Source of the DNA: Candidatus Bathyarchaeota archaeon
Lineage (GTDB): Archaea; Thermoproteota; Bathyarchaeia; Bathyarchaeales; Bathycorpusculaceae
Direction: 5' to 3'
NCBI GenBank assembly: GCA_963806535.1
Contig: CAWDYC010000004.1
Span: forward strand, 384,001-448,000
Length of the DNA stretch: 64,000 nucleotides
Shown: positions 30,856 through 42,279 of the stretch, in pieces
How positions within the stretch are numbered: position 1 is the first letter of the stretch
How the letters are laid out: each line of letters starts with the position of its first letter
Made by a program: the position numbers and the translations under genes
The notes under the pieces: model-generated
The model's database searches: none
Told to the model about the DNA's origin: nothing
What the model saw: the letters and a program-made list of their open reading frames with translations, nothing else

Positions 30856-33645
30856 ATGAAAAAGGCTTTCCTCAGCGTATTCGTGATAGCCCTCATGATT
30901 AGCGGATTAGCTTCTATCGGAAGTGTGAATCTTAGCACGCAAGCTCAACCACCTGAGTCAAACGCAAATCCTCAATGGGTTCCAGATTCGGCTCTGGTCA
31001 ATGGATTACCAGAATTAGGCCTTATCGGAGAGAATTGTCAATGCTCTATCTTCAACTTGACAGGTAATAATCAATGGAGCCTAATAATAGGTCAAACTAA
31101 CAGTTGGACATTAAATGAGCATCCCTTTTTAGGATACTATTGGGACGGCTCCCAGTGGACCAGCAACTCTACGATAGTCCAAGGTTTAACCGCGTACCCC
31201 AACGAAAACGACCCTACTGTTGGTTTCAATGTTACTGGCGACAACAAGTTTGACATGATAGTCGCCCAATGGGCAGGATATAATCCAACCTCTGGCGTAC
31301 AAAATAATTACGGACCTTGCTGGACAGGATATTCTTGGACCGGTTCTCAATGGGTGGTCAATTCAACCATAATTAACGGCTTACCGACGAATGCTTCTTT
31401 TGGTGGCGGAAACAACTATGCAACTTTGGGTTACAACGTGCTAGGTGACGGCAAATGGGATCTAGTCGTTGACAACTACGGAAACAATGGCTATGTCGGG
31501 TTTGAATGGAATGGAACAGCGTGGGCACAAGAAAGCAATCTAGTGAATGGCTTGCCCAATGCAGGTTCGCCTGGCAATAGCAACCAATTCCCAATTCCAT
31601 GTTTAACTAATAACTTGTCAAACGACAACACACCGACGCTTATAGTCGGTTATTCGAGCGGCGGCGGCCCTAATGGATCAATACAGAGTTTTCAATGGGA
31701 AGGTACAATATGGGTGTCAAACCCAGCATTCAACGTGGGTGTTACTAACCTGCAACCTTGGCCTAATTCTCCAACCGTAGCTTACAATATCACTGGAAAT
31801 GGCCGATGGGAACTATTGATAGGTTCCAGCACGGCGAATCCTGACCAACCAACTTATTATACTGGTTATTACTGGTCCGCTAATAGCGTTCCACTATCAG
31901 TCTCGATAACTCCACTTTCCGTTTCAATGAACATCGGGGAATCCTTAAATTTCACCTCAATTGCATCTGGCGGCACATGGCCCTACAACTATCAATGGTA
32001 TGTGAACAGTAGTGCTGTTTCGGGAGCTACAACAACTTCTTGGGTCTTCACGCCAGCAACAAGCGGAACCTTCAATGTATCTCTCAATGTTACAGACTCA
32101 ACTGGAAACACCGTACAATCTGATAATGCACGCATACAAGCAGACTATTTCACCAAATACAATATCACATTCGACAAGACAGGAATAGGCACAGACTATA
32201 ATGGTACAGTTGTCACCATAGACGGATCAAACTATACTGCGAATGATCTTCCCTTGGTTTTTTCTTGGAGTAGTTTCTCAACCCACACATTTGCCTTCCA
32301 ATCATCGCTCCTACTTGATGGAAATACAACTGGACAATATGACTGGGCTTCAACAAGTGGCCTGTCGACAAGTCAATCGGACACATTCAATGTAACTCGT
32401 TATGGAAGCGTGATTGGCAATTACAATAGCCAGAAAGCTGTTCCCATAAATCGTGTTCAAGGATGCTTTCACGCATCGACTTTGGGAAATAGTTTGATAG
32501 TCAACCTTGCACACACACCTACAAGCGGCGATGTGCTAGTCGCAATTATAAGTACAGTTACAAACACGGGGTCCCCTGCAATTCCTATTAGCATCACAGA
32601 GGCAGGTGTCGATAATTCTACAGGTGGCACTTATTGGAGCGGAGTAGCGGGAGGAGGCGGTGGAGGTACCGCCCCTGGAGAGCATGGGCTAGACATGGAG
32701 ATTTGGGTTGGAAAAGTGGGTCAGAATCAAGCAAGCCGTACCATAAATGTCACATTGAATGCTGTTGCCAATCTTGGAGCTACGGTCGACGTTTGCGAAT
32801 ATAGTGGTATATCCAAGATTGATTCGACATGGACAAATGGCACTCAGTCAAACACAGCAAATCTCTCAACTGGCTCGGTTATAAGCTCAATGAACGGTGA
32901 ACTTGCAGTTGGCGGAATTTTTGATGAAGGATATAATTTAACAAATGCAAGCAATGGATTCACACTCTCAGATGGTATCTATTCCAATAATCAAGCGTTA
33001 GCTTATCTTGAAAAAACAAATTGCCCAATAGGGGAGGAAAGTTCTACAATAGCCGTTTCAGGGAGTACTGACGGATATGGTTGTATAGCGGTCTTTCAAC
33101 CCACTCTAGTAAAGAGCAATGTAACTGTAACCGACCAGGAGGCAGCGAACGGAGTTCTGACTTTTACCGCTTCTGGGCCAAACGGACAGTTAGGATACGT
33201 TAACGTCACAATCCCATTTGGATTCAACGCAACAGACATCACAGCATTCATCGATAACCAACCGGTCCAGCAACCAACTATAATCACGGATGGCTCTAAC
33301 TACTTTGTCTACTTCGAATTTCATCTAAGCACTCACAACATCATAATTCAATATGCTGCTTCTCCAACGCTTTCGGTTTCTTCCCCATCTCCATCGCCAG
33401 ATTCAACAGCAACTCCGACTTCAACAGCAATTCCAACGCAAACACCCGATTCATCGCAAAGTTCATCAAGTCCAACTCCAACTGATTCATCGAACCCAAC
33501 AATTCCAGAGTTTTCTGCTAAATTAGTGATAATTACTTTACTTGTCTTTATGATCGCAATTTTGTCCACAGTTGTTGCAAAGAAAATAATGGCCACTAAA
33601 ATCCAAGTCATCGAGCCCCGATCACGTAGAAACCTATCGAATTAG
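30856..33645 (+). CDS. Large secreted glycoprotein: WxGxxW-repeat domain, Ig/PKD-like domains, PEF-CTERM-like anchor
   Basis: Signal peptide MKKAFL; repeats GYYWDGSQW/GYSWTGSQW/GFEWNGTAW/FQWEGTIW; YQWY Ig; S/P/T linker; IPEF-TM. Confidence 0.8.
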   Translation: MKKAFLSVFVIALMISGLASIGSVNLSTQAQPPESNANPQWVPDSALVNGLPELGLIGENCQCSIFNLTGNNQWSLIIGQTNSWTLNEHPFLGYYWDGSQWTSNSTIVQGLTAYPNENDPTVGFNVTGDNKFDMIVAQWAGYNPTSGVQNNYGPCWTGYSWTGSQWVVNSTIINGLPTNASFGGGNNYATLGYNVLGDGKWDLVVDNYGNNGYVGFEWNGTAWAQESNLVNGLPNAGSPGNSNQFPIPCLTNNLSNDNTPTLIVGYSSGGGPNGSIQSFQWEGTIWVSNPAFNVGVTNLQPWPNSPTVAYNITGNGRWELLIGSSTANPDQPTYYTGYYWSANSVPLSVSITPLSVSMNIGESLNFTSIASGGTWPYNYQWYVNSSAVSGATTTSWVFTPATSGTFNVSLNVTDSTGNTVQSDNARIQADYFTKYNITFDKTGIGTDYNGTVVTIDGSNYTANDLPLVFSWSSFSTHTFAFQSSLLLDGNTTGQYDWASTSGLSTSQSDTFNVTRYGSVIGNYNSQKAVPINRVQGCFHASTLGNSLIVNLAHTPTSGDVLVAIISTVTNTGSPAIPISITEAGVDNSTGGTYWSGVAGGGGGGTAPGEHGLDMEIWVGKVGQNQASRTINVTLNAVANLGATVDVCEYSGISKIDSTWTNGTQSNTANLSTGSVISSMNGELAVGGIFDEGYNLTNASNGFTLSDGIYSNNQALAYLEKTNCPIGEESSTIAVSGSTDGYGCIAVFQPTLVKSNVTVTDQEAANGVLTFTASGPNGQLGYVNVTIPFGFNATDITAFIDNQPVQQPTIITDGSNYFVYFEFHLSTHNIIIQYAASPTLSVSSPSPSPDSTATPTSTAIPTQTPDSSQSSSSPTPTDSSNPTIPEFSAKLVIITLLVFMIAILSTVVAKKIMATKIQVIEPRSRRNLSN

Positions 33646-33681
33646 AAAATAACCCATTTTGGGCACACCGATCATTGGCAG

Positions 33682-34087
33682 TCACCATTGAATCAGATCA
33701 ATTCCTTTGATGGATTTAAAGTGCTGATCCCGAGTCAGGATGGCATTCGCCTTTTGTTTTAGCTATTGCAGCAATTAGAATGTCAAACTCGCTGATCATT
33801 TTGCCCGATTTTTTCAGTTCGCAAAATATGGTTGATGCCTCCTCGCATGCTTCTACAGATAAATCAAGAACTTGCATGTTGGAAATTGCTTCTGTAACAT
33901 GTTTTAGGTTGTCTTCTGGTTTCGACGAGAGGCGCGCTCCTTTCAGCAATTCGTAGGCAGTGATTATCGTAATTACAACTTGGCCATTTATGTTTGACAC
34001 TTCGTGTACCTTATTTACTTCTTCAGGCGATCCATTCAGAAAAGGGATCATCACGTTTGTGTCGATAATGGTCAAGCTAAATCTCAA
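33682..34087 (-). CDS. vapC: VapC PIN toxin (frameshift near 3' end)
   Basis: IIDTNV, ITAYEL, EFDILIAAIA; shifted frame gives ILTRDQHFKSIKGIDLIQW*. Confidence 0.85.
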
Positions 34088-34301
34088 ACTCTCTTGGCTT
34101 TACGTGTTCTCTATCTTTCATTATTTGTGCAAGAACTTCGTCTGCATCGTCACCCTTCCAAGTTCCCGCAAATTCAAATATTGATTTTTTCTTTTCGTTG
34201 CTTGCTACACGAATGACAACATCTGAAAATGATTCTCCAGACTTTTTCATGCCTTTTAGAGTTTCATACGCTTTTTCAGAGAGAGAGATAACTTTAGTCA
34301 T
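34077..34301 (-). CDS. VapB-type antitoxin (DUF217-like)
   Basis: MTKVISLSEKAYETL...ESFSDVVIR...FAGTW; palindrome ATGCATATATATGCAT at 34320-34335 upstream. Confidence 0.85.
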   Translation of the reverse strand: MTKVISLSEKAYETLKGMKKSGESFSDVVIRVASNEKKKSIFEFAGTWKGDDADEVLAQIMKDREHVKPREFEI

Positions 34302-34352
34302 ATCAAATACTATGTGCATATGCATATATATGCATTCTTGTCTTAGCGTTTG

Positions 34353-34632
34353 CTACCTATATTTTTCTAAAACTTGTTTTCCAAACTCTTTTATTTGAAC
34401 AGAGTAAAAATCATACAGCGGCGACTTTCGCGCAATATCCGGATTATCTACAAGCAGCGATTTTTCCAATTCTCTGACCGCATCGTTTAAGCCCGCAGGA
34501 GTTAAGACTGTTTTCTTAGTATTTGCTCTCCCCCTCGCAAACTCGCCATCCTTGAATTCAGAAAAGCACTTCAAAAACCTTCTTGGCATTCATATCCAAA
34601 ATATTAAAATCATCAAGGTCAAAATCTTGCAT
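34353..34632 (-). pseudogene. Winged-helix protein, frameshifted paralog of 53497-53775
   Basis: Near-collinear DNA with 53497-53775 (MQDFDLDDFNILDMNAKK...DAVRELEKSLLVD); compensating indels. Confidence 0.75.
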
Positions 34633-34820
34633 TCCTGAAAACCTCAATTAGGGAAATCTTTAAGATAAAAACTATTTGAATAAATCCTTTATAGAACATT
34701 TAGTTGCTTGTTAGAAAATCCGTGTGCAGTATGAGCTTTCAAAACCTTAGGCTTCAATTCTGTTGAAGCATTAAAAAGTATAAATCAATGTTCTACTTTT
34801 GTATAACTTAAGGTGAGACA

Positions 34821-35066
34821 TTGATAGAGGAGGAGATGAAAGTCGGTCCAAAAGGACAAGTTGTCATACCAAGAACAATGCGAAAAGCGCTTAAGATTAC
34901 TCCAGGCTCCAAAGTGTTATTCAAACTAGAAGACGGAAAGCTAATTTTGGAAAAACCAAGTTTCGATGCAGTAGCAGTTTTCAGAAAAATAGCTAAACAA
35001 ATCAACTACAACAAAGAAATAGATCCCCATCAATACGAAGAAGAACTCAAAGCGAGAAATCCATAA
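34821..35066 (+). CDS. AbrB/MazE/SpoVT antitoxin
   Basis: KVGPKGQVVIPRTMRKALKITPG. Confidence 0.9.
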   Translation: MIEEEMKVGPKGQVVIPRTMRKALKITPGSKVLFKLEDGKLILEKPSFDAVAVFRKIAKQINYNKEIDPHQYEEELKARNP

Positions 35067-35461
35067 TGATTTATCTTGACTCCAACGTCTTTATTTACGC
35101 GACTGTAAACACAGAAGAGCTTGGAGAAAAAGCAAGATCTTTGCTTCAAAGAATACAACAGGGCGAAGAAAAGGCAGAAACCTCAGCGTTGACTTTCGAT
35201 GAAGTATTTTGGGCCATAAAAAAACTGGACTTTGAAGCGGCGCTCGAAGCCTCCCAAGCACTATTAAATTTTCCCAACTTGGAAATCATTTCTGCAGACA
35301 GAGACATAGCCTTATTTGCTCTTCAAATAATCAAGGAGTATCATCTGGCTCCGAGGGACGCAATTCATGCTGCGACGGCGATTGCAGCAAAGGCAGAAGC
35401 TGTAGTTTCGACAGATACACATTTTGATAAGATAAAAGAACTCAAACGAAGGCCACTATAG
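35066..35461 (+). CDS. vapC: VapC PIN toxin
   Basis: IYLDSNVF, TFDEV, PRDAIHAATA, STDTHFD; overlaps antitoxin stop. Confidence 0.92.
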   Translation: MIYLDSNVFIYATVNTEELGEKARSLLQRIQQGEEKAETSALTFDEVFWAIKKLDFEAALEASQALLNFPNLEIISADRDIALFALQIIKEYHLAPRDAIHAATAIAAKAEAVVSTDTHFDKIKELKRRPL

Positions 35462-35483
35462 CCTTTAAACCCTCAAATAAAAC

Positions 35484-35553
35484 TTTTTTCCGATAATATT
35501 TAGTACTGACGCATTAATGGAGATTGCTTTTTTGATTAAACATAGGTCCTCGA
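35484..35553 (-). repeat. Remnant of vapC 3' end (copy 2) joined to element E
   Basis: TTTTCCGATAATATTTAGTACTGACGC...CATAGGTCCTCG aligns to 47703-47772 and 51999-52068. Confidence 0.7.
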
Positions 35554-35557
35554 CTCA

Positions 35558-35724
35558 GTATTGGCGGTTTTTGTGGAAGTTTTGTTCTTTGTGTTTTGGG
35601 TTGCTTTTTTGTTTTGGAGCTTAAGTCTTTTGCAGGTTGCGTCTTTATTCGTCACTACGCGTCCCAGACGTCACATCACTACGCGTCATAAAACGTCACA
35701 GAACGTCACAATCCGTCTAAAGTG
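35558..35724 (+). repeat. Dispersed phased-decamer element, copy E
   Basis: GTATTGGCGGTTTTTG...TTGCAGGTTGCGTC (35630-35643), repeated CGTC units, ends AAGTGA. Confidence 0.85.
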
Positions 35725-36465
35725 ATAATTCCACGCGATTAACTCAAAAAATCCCTTTTAAAACAGCAGTTCAGCGAGGAAACCGCCTGCAAACTCCAAA
35801 AAATATCAAATGGCAGTTTAAGATAGAACCTGATCAGCTTCTAAAGTTGGAATAAAAGTCTTAAACCAGGGAGAAGCCTGGCAGTTTTTTTAGGCAAAAA
35901 TGGCGAAAGGTGGACGAATAAATATTAAAAGGTGACAATGGGGCTTTTGCATGCGAAGGAGAAAATCTTGAAGTGCACGTCTTTGAAGTAAAACTTGAAC
36001 CCTCTAAGATAGATTCCAATAGAATAGTCCAAGAACACACCGCCCGTTAACTAATCAAAAAGACGTCTGAACCAACATCCTAACTCACCAAACTCAGAAA
36101 AATTGGAAAAACCAACAGCAAACATTTTCTAACCCGGAAGTGGGTCAAGAGAGATTTGACTAAAATAGACTCAGTCCCTTATCATGCGGTACACAACCCT
36201 TAAACAATTTTTGTGCAGCTAAGGTTAAGGCAAAAAGTGGAAAATATACGCAAAATACACTTCAACTTGAAAAATGAGTTGATAGAGACTTTACCATTTA
36301 CGGCAAAGACATGCATAAGCCAATCGAAACATAGTCAAGAAAGCTTAAGTGTTAAACCATCCATACAAATGCCGAACGCCCATGAAGTTGAAAGGCTCGC
36401 CCATCAATCTGAATACATATGAAGTTTCTGAAATGCTGACAAACAGGCATTTTCAAGAATTCAAA

Positions 36466-37552
36466 ATGGATGAATTCGAAAAAATTCACCTTCCTCAGAG
36501 TATGAAGCCTTTCACAGATCTCAACCCCTTGGCTACCAAAGAGTTTGTTGTGGATGATAATAGAGGAGCAGTTTCCCCTTTGCCCTCTTTGAAGATGGAC
36601 GGCACTGACTTTTACCTTTCAGTTAAAGGAATCGGTTCAACAACCAATCCTTTTTCTCATCAGCTTCTCGGGAAAGATGAAATATGTAGCCTACTGAAAG
36701 ATTCCACACTAAAAGAAAGGATTGTTAATTCGGCGGAAACAGCTCCACGATACTTAACAGGGGAATTATGGCTAAGAGGTTCCCCATATGGGGGACAGGG
36801 ACTTGAGCACGCAACCACTTCGATGAGAGTGTCAGAAATGGCCGACCTTACCTCCATTCATGGATTTCGAATTGCACCCCTTGTGAAAATTGTTTTCCTT
36901 CCTGATGATCTAGAGAATGAAATCAAAAAAATATACTGGTACCGCAAATTCAGGGGACGGATGGTTCAGGAAACAAGATTGGTTCCGTCTAATGTGAGGA
37001 TTTATTTTCATTCAGGAAGCACAATCGGCAGTAACATACGATCAATCTTTAACATGTTTGAATTAGACAAGAACGATAAAGCATTAGAGTTTCTGAGAAA
37101 TTTCGTTAAGAGTGGAATTGCATACCTTACTCTTTTCGTGAGGACATTAAAAAGTAACGAGGATGGAACTTTCAGTGGATTGGATTTCTATGATGTCTGG
37201 CTAGACAAGGATGCAGTTCTCGCTCCTGACGGCACCATTTACTTTGTTGACCTTGAAGGCTTGGAATGGATAACTGTTGAGGAAAAGAAAATCTCGGAAA
37301 AGATAGACGACCAGATATACAGATCTCTGTACGAATTCATGTATGCTTATGAGCAGATAGAACGAGAACGATCCGCAAGGTTCGGAGACTTGACGGACAG
37401 GCAAGTGCAGTTTGAATATCTTCTCAAAGAGGCTCTCAAGGATGATGAGGTTGTTGACCTTGCAAGTGAGGGACAAAGCCTTAAACTGGTAATAGGTAAC
37501 ATATTAGGAGAACAAGCGTTTAACAAAAGAATTTCCAATCTTGGATCGGTGA
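36466..37552 (+). CDS. Divergent SelO/YdiU-like protein-kinase-fold protein
   Basis: LSVKGIGS, RVSEM, RLVPSNVRI, LDKDAVLAPDGTIYFVDLEG; one extra T near 37520 fuses it to the next gene in the ORF track, and the shifted frame ends EFPILDR* at 37552. Confidence 0.55.
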
Positions 37553-37557
37553 TTGAA

Positions 37558-39117
37558 ATGAAATGCAACGACGTAAGAACATTCTTCACCCAAATAGCTG
37601 AAAAATCCGTTTCGATGCAAATTCAACCGTCCGATATGGATTTTCTCAGCAGCAACGGCTACCTTTCAGTGATGCAAAAAGAAGATTATGATCAGGCAGT
37701 AGCCGAAGTTTCAAACTTGACACAGATGAATACAGACTTGGTGAATGCAGAGAATGCTGACAGGAGCGCAAAGATCAGCTCTGGAAGAAGAGGAGAAGAA
37801 AACTCATTCAATCACATTTCTTTTTGAAGACAAAGAGAATAAAGAAGCTGAACGCGAAAAAGTAGAAAGCGAAAAAGACCATTGTCTCAAAAATGGAAGC
37901 TGACGTAACTGAAAGGGAAGCCACGATTAACGAGCTAATTCACAAGAAATCCAAAATCGACAGGATGGTGCCATATGACGGAAAATATTTGTCACTTACT
38001 GGTGTTGGAGTAATGATGCTAAACGATCTTATCGTAAGAAATTACAGGGTCTCTGATGAGGAATTTCCCGATTTTATAGAAGAAATCCAAACTACGTTCA
38101 GCGAATTGCGATCCATAGCAGAGAGAGGTAGCTATCACGTATCTAATCTGAAAATTAGTTTCCCAGAAATGGACCTCTCTCAACTCTGGAGCATATCGAT
38201 AGGTTTGGCCAAGCTTCAAGGCGACCCTAACCAAATTGGTCAAAGATTTCTTTTTGCACTTGATCTCCTCAAGCATTTCGATTGCACTCTTGAAAATAAG
38301 ATGATGGCAGGGGAAATTATGGCTGCCTCTAGGGCAGATCCCTCTCAAACAACAACAAATTCTGATCTTCAGAACTTGTCGGAAACTTTAGCTAAACTCG
38401 ATCACCAACTCAGGCATGACGCGCACGTTCCTAATCCGCTTTCAGCGGGCGTTGCTGCCACTATCCTGTTTGGGCGGAGATATGACGGCACTTTTCCAAC
38501 TGACCGATTTGTGGAATTTTCCAAAATGACTTCTTCGTATGAGTCAGCTGCAATACTCTCAATATTTAATGTGCCTTCAGACCAACTGGCTAGGCAAGTT
38601 CCAATCGTTCAGATTGCTTTTTAATTCCTGGGGATTTGAGGTATCAGAGGATACCGAGCTTGCTTCGGCTTATTTAGCGATTTCCGATTTGGGACCAGAA
38701 GACGTGAGATCGAAGTTAACAATAATTGAGAATGGGCTTAGAAATTATCTGGAGTATCCACTTGTGGCTTCTGCAATACTTGCTTCAATATCAACCCTTG
38801 AAGCTAATGAGACTCTTGACCTGATGGAAAAGGCATCTTTTTTGCTTGGATCTTACGTTAAAGATCTTGAACGATCTGAAGTGATAAGTCTTGCAGTTAG
38901 GATGATTCATGGAATCAAAAATGAACTTGTCAAGGAACTTGATCCAACCGCAACTATTGTGAAGACTCCAGTGCAGTTCACTTATGTACCAACAAACGTT
39001 TTCTTCATCTACTATGCGCCTCTGATTATTGCACACTCATCTTACCATTCAACATTCAGCGGCATTGGCGGCTATCATCCTGCCCATGTGCATGGTGTAG
39101 GAGGTTTCATGGGATGA
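37558..39117 (+). CDS. Coiled-coil + helical-repeat protein with His/Gly-rich tail (frameshifted)
   Basis: ATG after GGTGA; pieces 37558-37827, 37893-38624, 38539-39117; ends SSYHSTFSGIGGYHPAHVHGVGGFMG. Confidence 0.6.
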
Positions 39118-40192
39118 ACTCAAAGTCCTTTGTTATCATACTTTCACTTTTCATAGCTCTCTTCGTGGCTCCTGTCGCCGCAGCTTACGTTCCCCATGTT
39201 GGAGACCACTTCAGCTATTACGAGGTTACAGATCTTGGAAGCGGCACCGGCGATTACACTGGATACACCGAACATGCAACATATAACGGAGCAGAAACAA
39301 TGAATGGCGTCAATACTGACGGAACTGTATCCGCTCACTATAGTTACTCCTATACCTGGAGCAACAGCACAGGCACAACAGAAACTGGGAATCCGTCTGG
39401 AGATTTCACGTTCTCACCAGTCACTTTTCTCTATGTTAATGGAACTGACGATCAGACAGGATATGTTAACCCGACTGTCTGGTTCGTTATGGATAACTCA
39501 ATCCCAGTGGGCGGTACCTTTTCTCTTCTGAACACAGAGATGACAGTCATATCCAAAAACTACAGCTACTATCTTCCGTCCCAGAACGAGAAATGTGAAC
39601 GTGATCTTTGCTCAAGGACAGTCGAGTTACGAGCGAAACGACGTATACGGACAATTCAGTGCCACCTATACATGGAAAGCCTACTTTGACCCATCCACAG
39701 GATACATCGTAGGATATAGCTATAATGAACACGATACCAATACTTCAGGAACAGGGTTCACCTACACCGAAAATCTGTATGTGACTTCAACTAGCTATCC
39801 ACTAACTGCTGCAGCCCCAAACAATACAAATGGAGGAACACCAACCCCGGTCCGCCAGCATCCCCGGCGGAACAACTCCAATCCAATCCCCATATTTTGG
39901 TTTCATTGCAGGAATAACCTTATTCATCGTAGTCATTGTTATCATTATAATTCTGATTTATGCATTTTCAAGAAGAAGCAGAAAAACTCTTCCCCAACAT
40001 TCATACCAACAGCCATATCAGCAACAGCCTCCGCCAGGTCCCCCTCCAGAGAATATCGATTTGACTCCAAAGCAACCGCCAGTACAGCAGATTGTGATTA
40101 AGGAGGTTGTGAAGGTTAAGTGCCGCTACTGCGGAGCACTAATAGACTCCACAGCTGAGACCTGTCCTATATGCGGAGCACCCAGAACATAG
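39114..40192 (+). CDS. Single-pass membrane protein: extracellular Tyr/Thr-rich domain, Pro/Gln linker, cytoplasmic zinc ribbon (frameshifted)
   Basis: Signal peptide; pieces 39114-39689, 39595-40101, 39830-40192; TM then CRYCG...CPICG. Confidence 0.7.
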
Positions 40193-40207
40193 ATATCTAC
40201 TGATTTT

Positions 40208-40969
40208 TCAATTCCTTCTTTTTGTTTCTAAGTCCTTCTTAAAATACTGAAAAACCTGTCCAGACACCTTCATTTGCGCTTTCATGACATTATTTGAAGA
40301 TGGGATGTTATAGCGTGAAATTTCAGTGAATACTGAACGGGCATGGTTTGACTTGAGCCAGAGAAGTCGTGCATTGAGGATATCTTCACCTATGCCTATT
40401 CTTCTGTATTGAGGTTTCACGTAAAGAGAGTGCAGTCTTCCAATACCGTTGACAAGTGAGACCCAACCCAACCCAGCAATTTCGTTGTTTAACCTGACAA
40501 TATAGCATCTTTCTCCGTTTTTGAGTGCAACTTTTACCCACTTCTTGTTTATGCCTGGATGGGTTGAAGACATGAATTGTTCTATCTCACCTACGTTTTC
40601 CTTGTCTACTGTTGAAATTTCATAGCTGAATCTATGAGCAAGGGCAAGATGTTCAATGTCTATGGTGTAAATGTCATAGATTTCATTTTCAAGCTCAGTT
40701 TTCATCTCTGAGAAGAGAAAATTAAACTGTTTTAATCCATAAAAGTAGTCAAAAACTTCTCTTGATCTTGTGTAAATTGTTCCTCCTTTCTCAAAGTCGT
40801 CGTATATGAAAATACCTGAAATAGTGCCTTCAGAGGTTCTGGATACATAGGCTTCGCCGCCTATTTCAAGAATCTCTTTGATATGATAATTAAGATAAGG
40901 TTCAAAGAACGAAAAGCCAACAGGGAACACGAAATCGATATCTGAGGTATTCCTGTATTTGGGAAACAT
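40208..40969 (-). CDS. GNAT acetyltransferase
   Basis: LHSLYVKPQYRRIGIG motif A. Confidence 0.85.
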   Translation of the reverse strand: MFPKYRNTSDIDFVFPVGFSFFEPYLNYHIKEILEIGGEAYVSRTSEGTISGIFIYDDFEKGGTIYTRSREVFDYFYGLKQFNFLFSEMKTELENEIYDIYTIDIEHLALAHRFSYEISTVDKENVGEIEQFMSSTHPGINKKWVKVALKNGERCYIVRLNNEIAGLGWVSLVNGIGRLHSLYVKPQYRRIGIGEDILNARLLWLKSNHARSVFTEISRYNIPSSNNVMKAQMKVSGQVFQYFKKDLETKRRN

Positions 40970-41137
40970 GCATTTTTCTTTATCAACCCAATTTTTTACT
41001 GGTTAAATTATGGTTAGTATGAATTTCAATCTGATAAGCGTAGAGTTCTCATCTGGTTAAAGTGTACGCCCCTTGGTAGAATGCACTTTTAACCAAAAAA
41101 ATTCTTATCTCTCAATTACAAAGTGTTATTGATAATT

Positions 41138-42279
41138 TTGAACTTAATCGAGTTTGAAGCTAAGCAAGTGTTGCTGAAGTACGGTATTCCGATTCCAAAG
41201 GGAATTTTAATCTCTGACTCAAAACAGACCGTTTCTGCCTTGAGGTAACTTAAAGCCTCCTTACATGGTTAAGGCTCAGGTTCCCGTCAGCGGAAGAGGG
41301 AAAGCGGGCGGGATAATACCTGCCAACTCGATACTTGAGGCGCAAGATGCCGTAACCCGACTTCTAGGAGCAGAAATAAAGAGTTTTCCCGTTAAGCAAG
41401 TGCTAATAGAAGAAAAACTTGCAACCAAAAAAGAATTGTACTTAGGTTTTACGGTTGATAGATTCAACCGTTGCTATGTTATGTTAGCCTCCAAAATGGG
41501 AGGCATGGACATTGAGGAAGTGGCAGAAAAAACTCCGCAAGCCATCGTCCGAACACCAGTTGATGCTCAGTCAGGATTCCGTTCTGTTGATGCATTATCG
41601 ATTGCGAAAAAACTTGGTTATAGCGGTGATCAACTTGTGGAATTATCAAGTGTCATTTAGAAATTATATCGAGCTTCCGTTGAAAACGACGCTGAAATGA
41701 CTGAAATTAATCCCTTAATAGAAACAGACGTCCGGGGGTTTTGTGGCTGCCGATGCTCGAATGGTAATTGATGATAATGCTCTCTTTAGGCATCCTGAAT
41801 ATGAGGCAAAACAAACTCAAACGCTCTCGTCGATGGAGACTTTGGCTTTAAAGAACAACTTGGCTTATGTGAAGCTTGACGGTGACATAGGCGTAGTTGG
41901 CAATGGCGCTGGATTGGTAATGGCTACTGTTGATTTGCTAAATTATTATGGAGGCAAACCAGCAGACTTTTTAGATATCGGCGGCGGCGCAAGCGTGGAA
42001 GCTATTAGAGTTGCCCTACAAATTGTCCTTGAAGATCCAGATGTCAAGTCTGTACTTGTTAATGTGCTAGGTGGAATAACTCGCTGTGATGAGGTTGCAA
42101 GAGGCATAATTGAAGCCGTCAAAGACGTCAAGGTCAAAAAGCCATTGGCTGTAAGGCTTGTTGGCACAAACGAAAAGGAAGGTCAAAAAATTCTCGCCGA
42201 CGCAGGAATAAGCGTCTTGGATAGCATGGAAGAAGCCGCTAAACAGGCAGTAAAGTTTGCAGCAGGAGAGAAACAGTAA
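41138..42279 (+). CDS. sucC: Succinyl-CoA synthetase beta subunit (frameshifts and one in-frame TAG)
   Basis: MNLIEFEAK, VKAQV..GRGKAGGI, GGMDIEEVA, EINPL, GNGAGLVMAT, GGITRCD; breaks near 41245, 41658 and 41740. Confidence 0.9.

Noticed and set aside
22951-35890. Recurring AAACTGCC octamer (22951, 22972, 23598; inverted at 35812, 35880)
   Set aside because: Too short and without consistent spacing or context to support a function by eye.
36349-37827. Single 492-aa protein as in the ORF track
   Set aside because: Better explained as two genes fused by a 1-nt insertion: the alternative frame stops at 37552, followed by a GGTGA RBS and ATG 37558.
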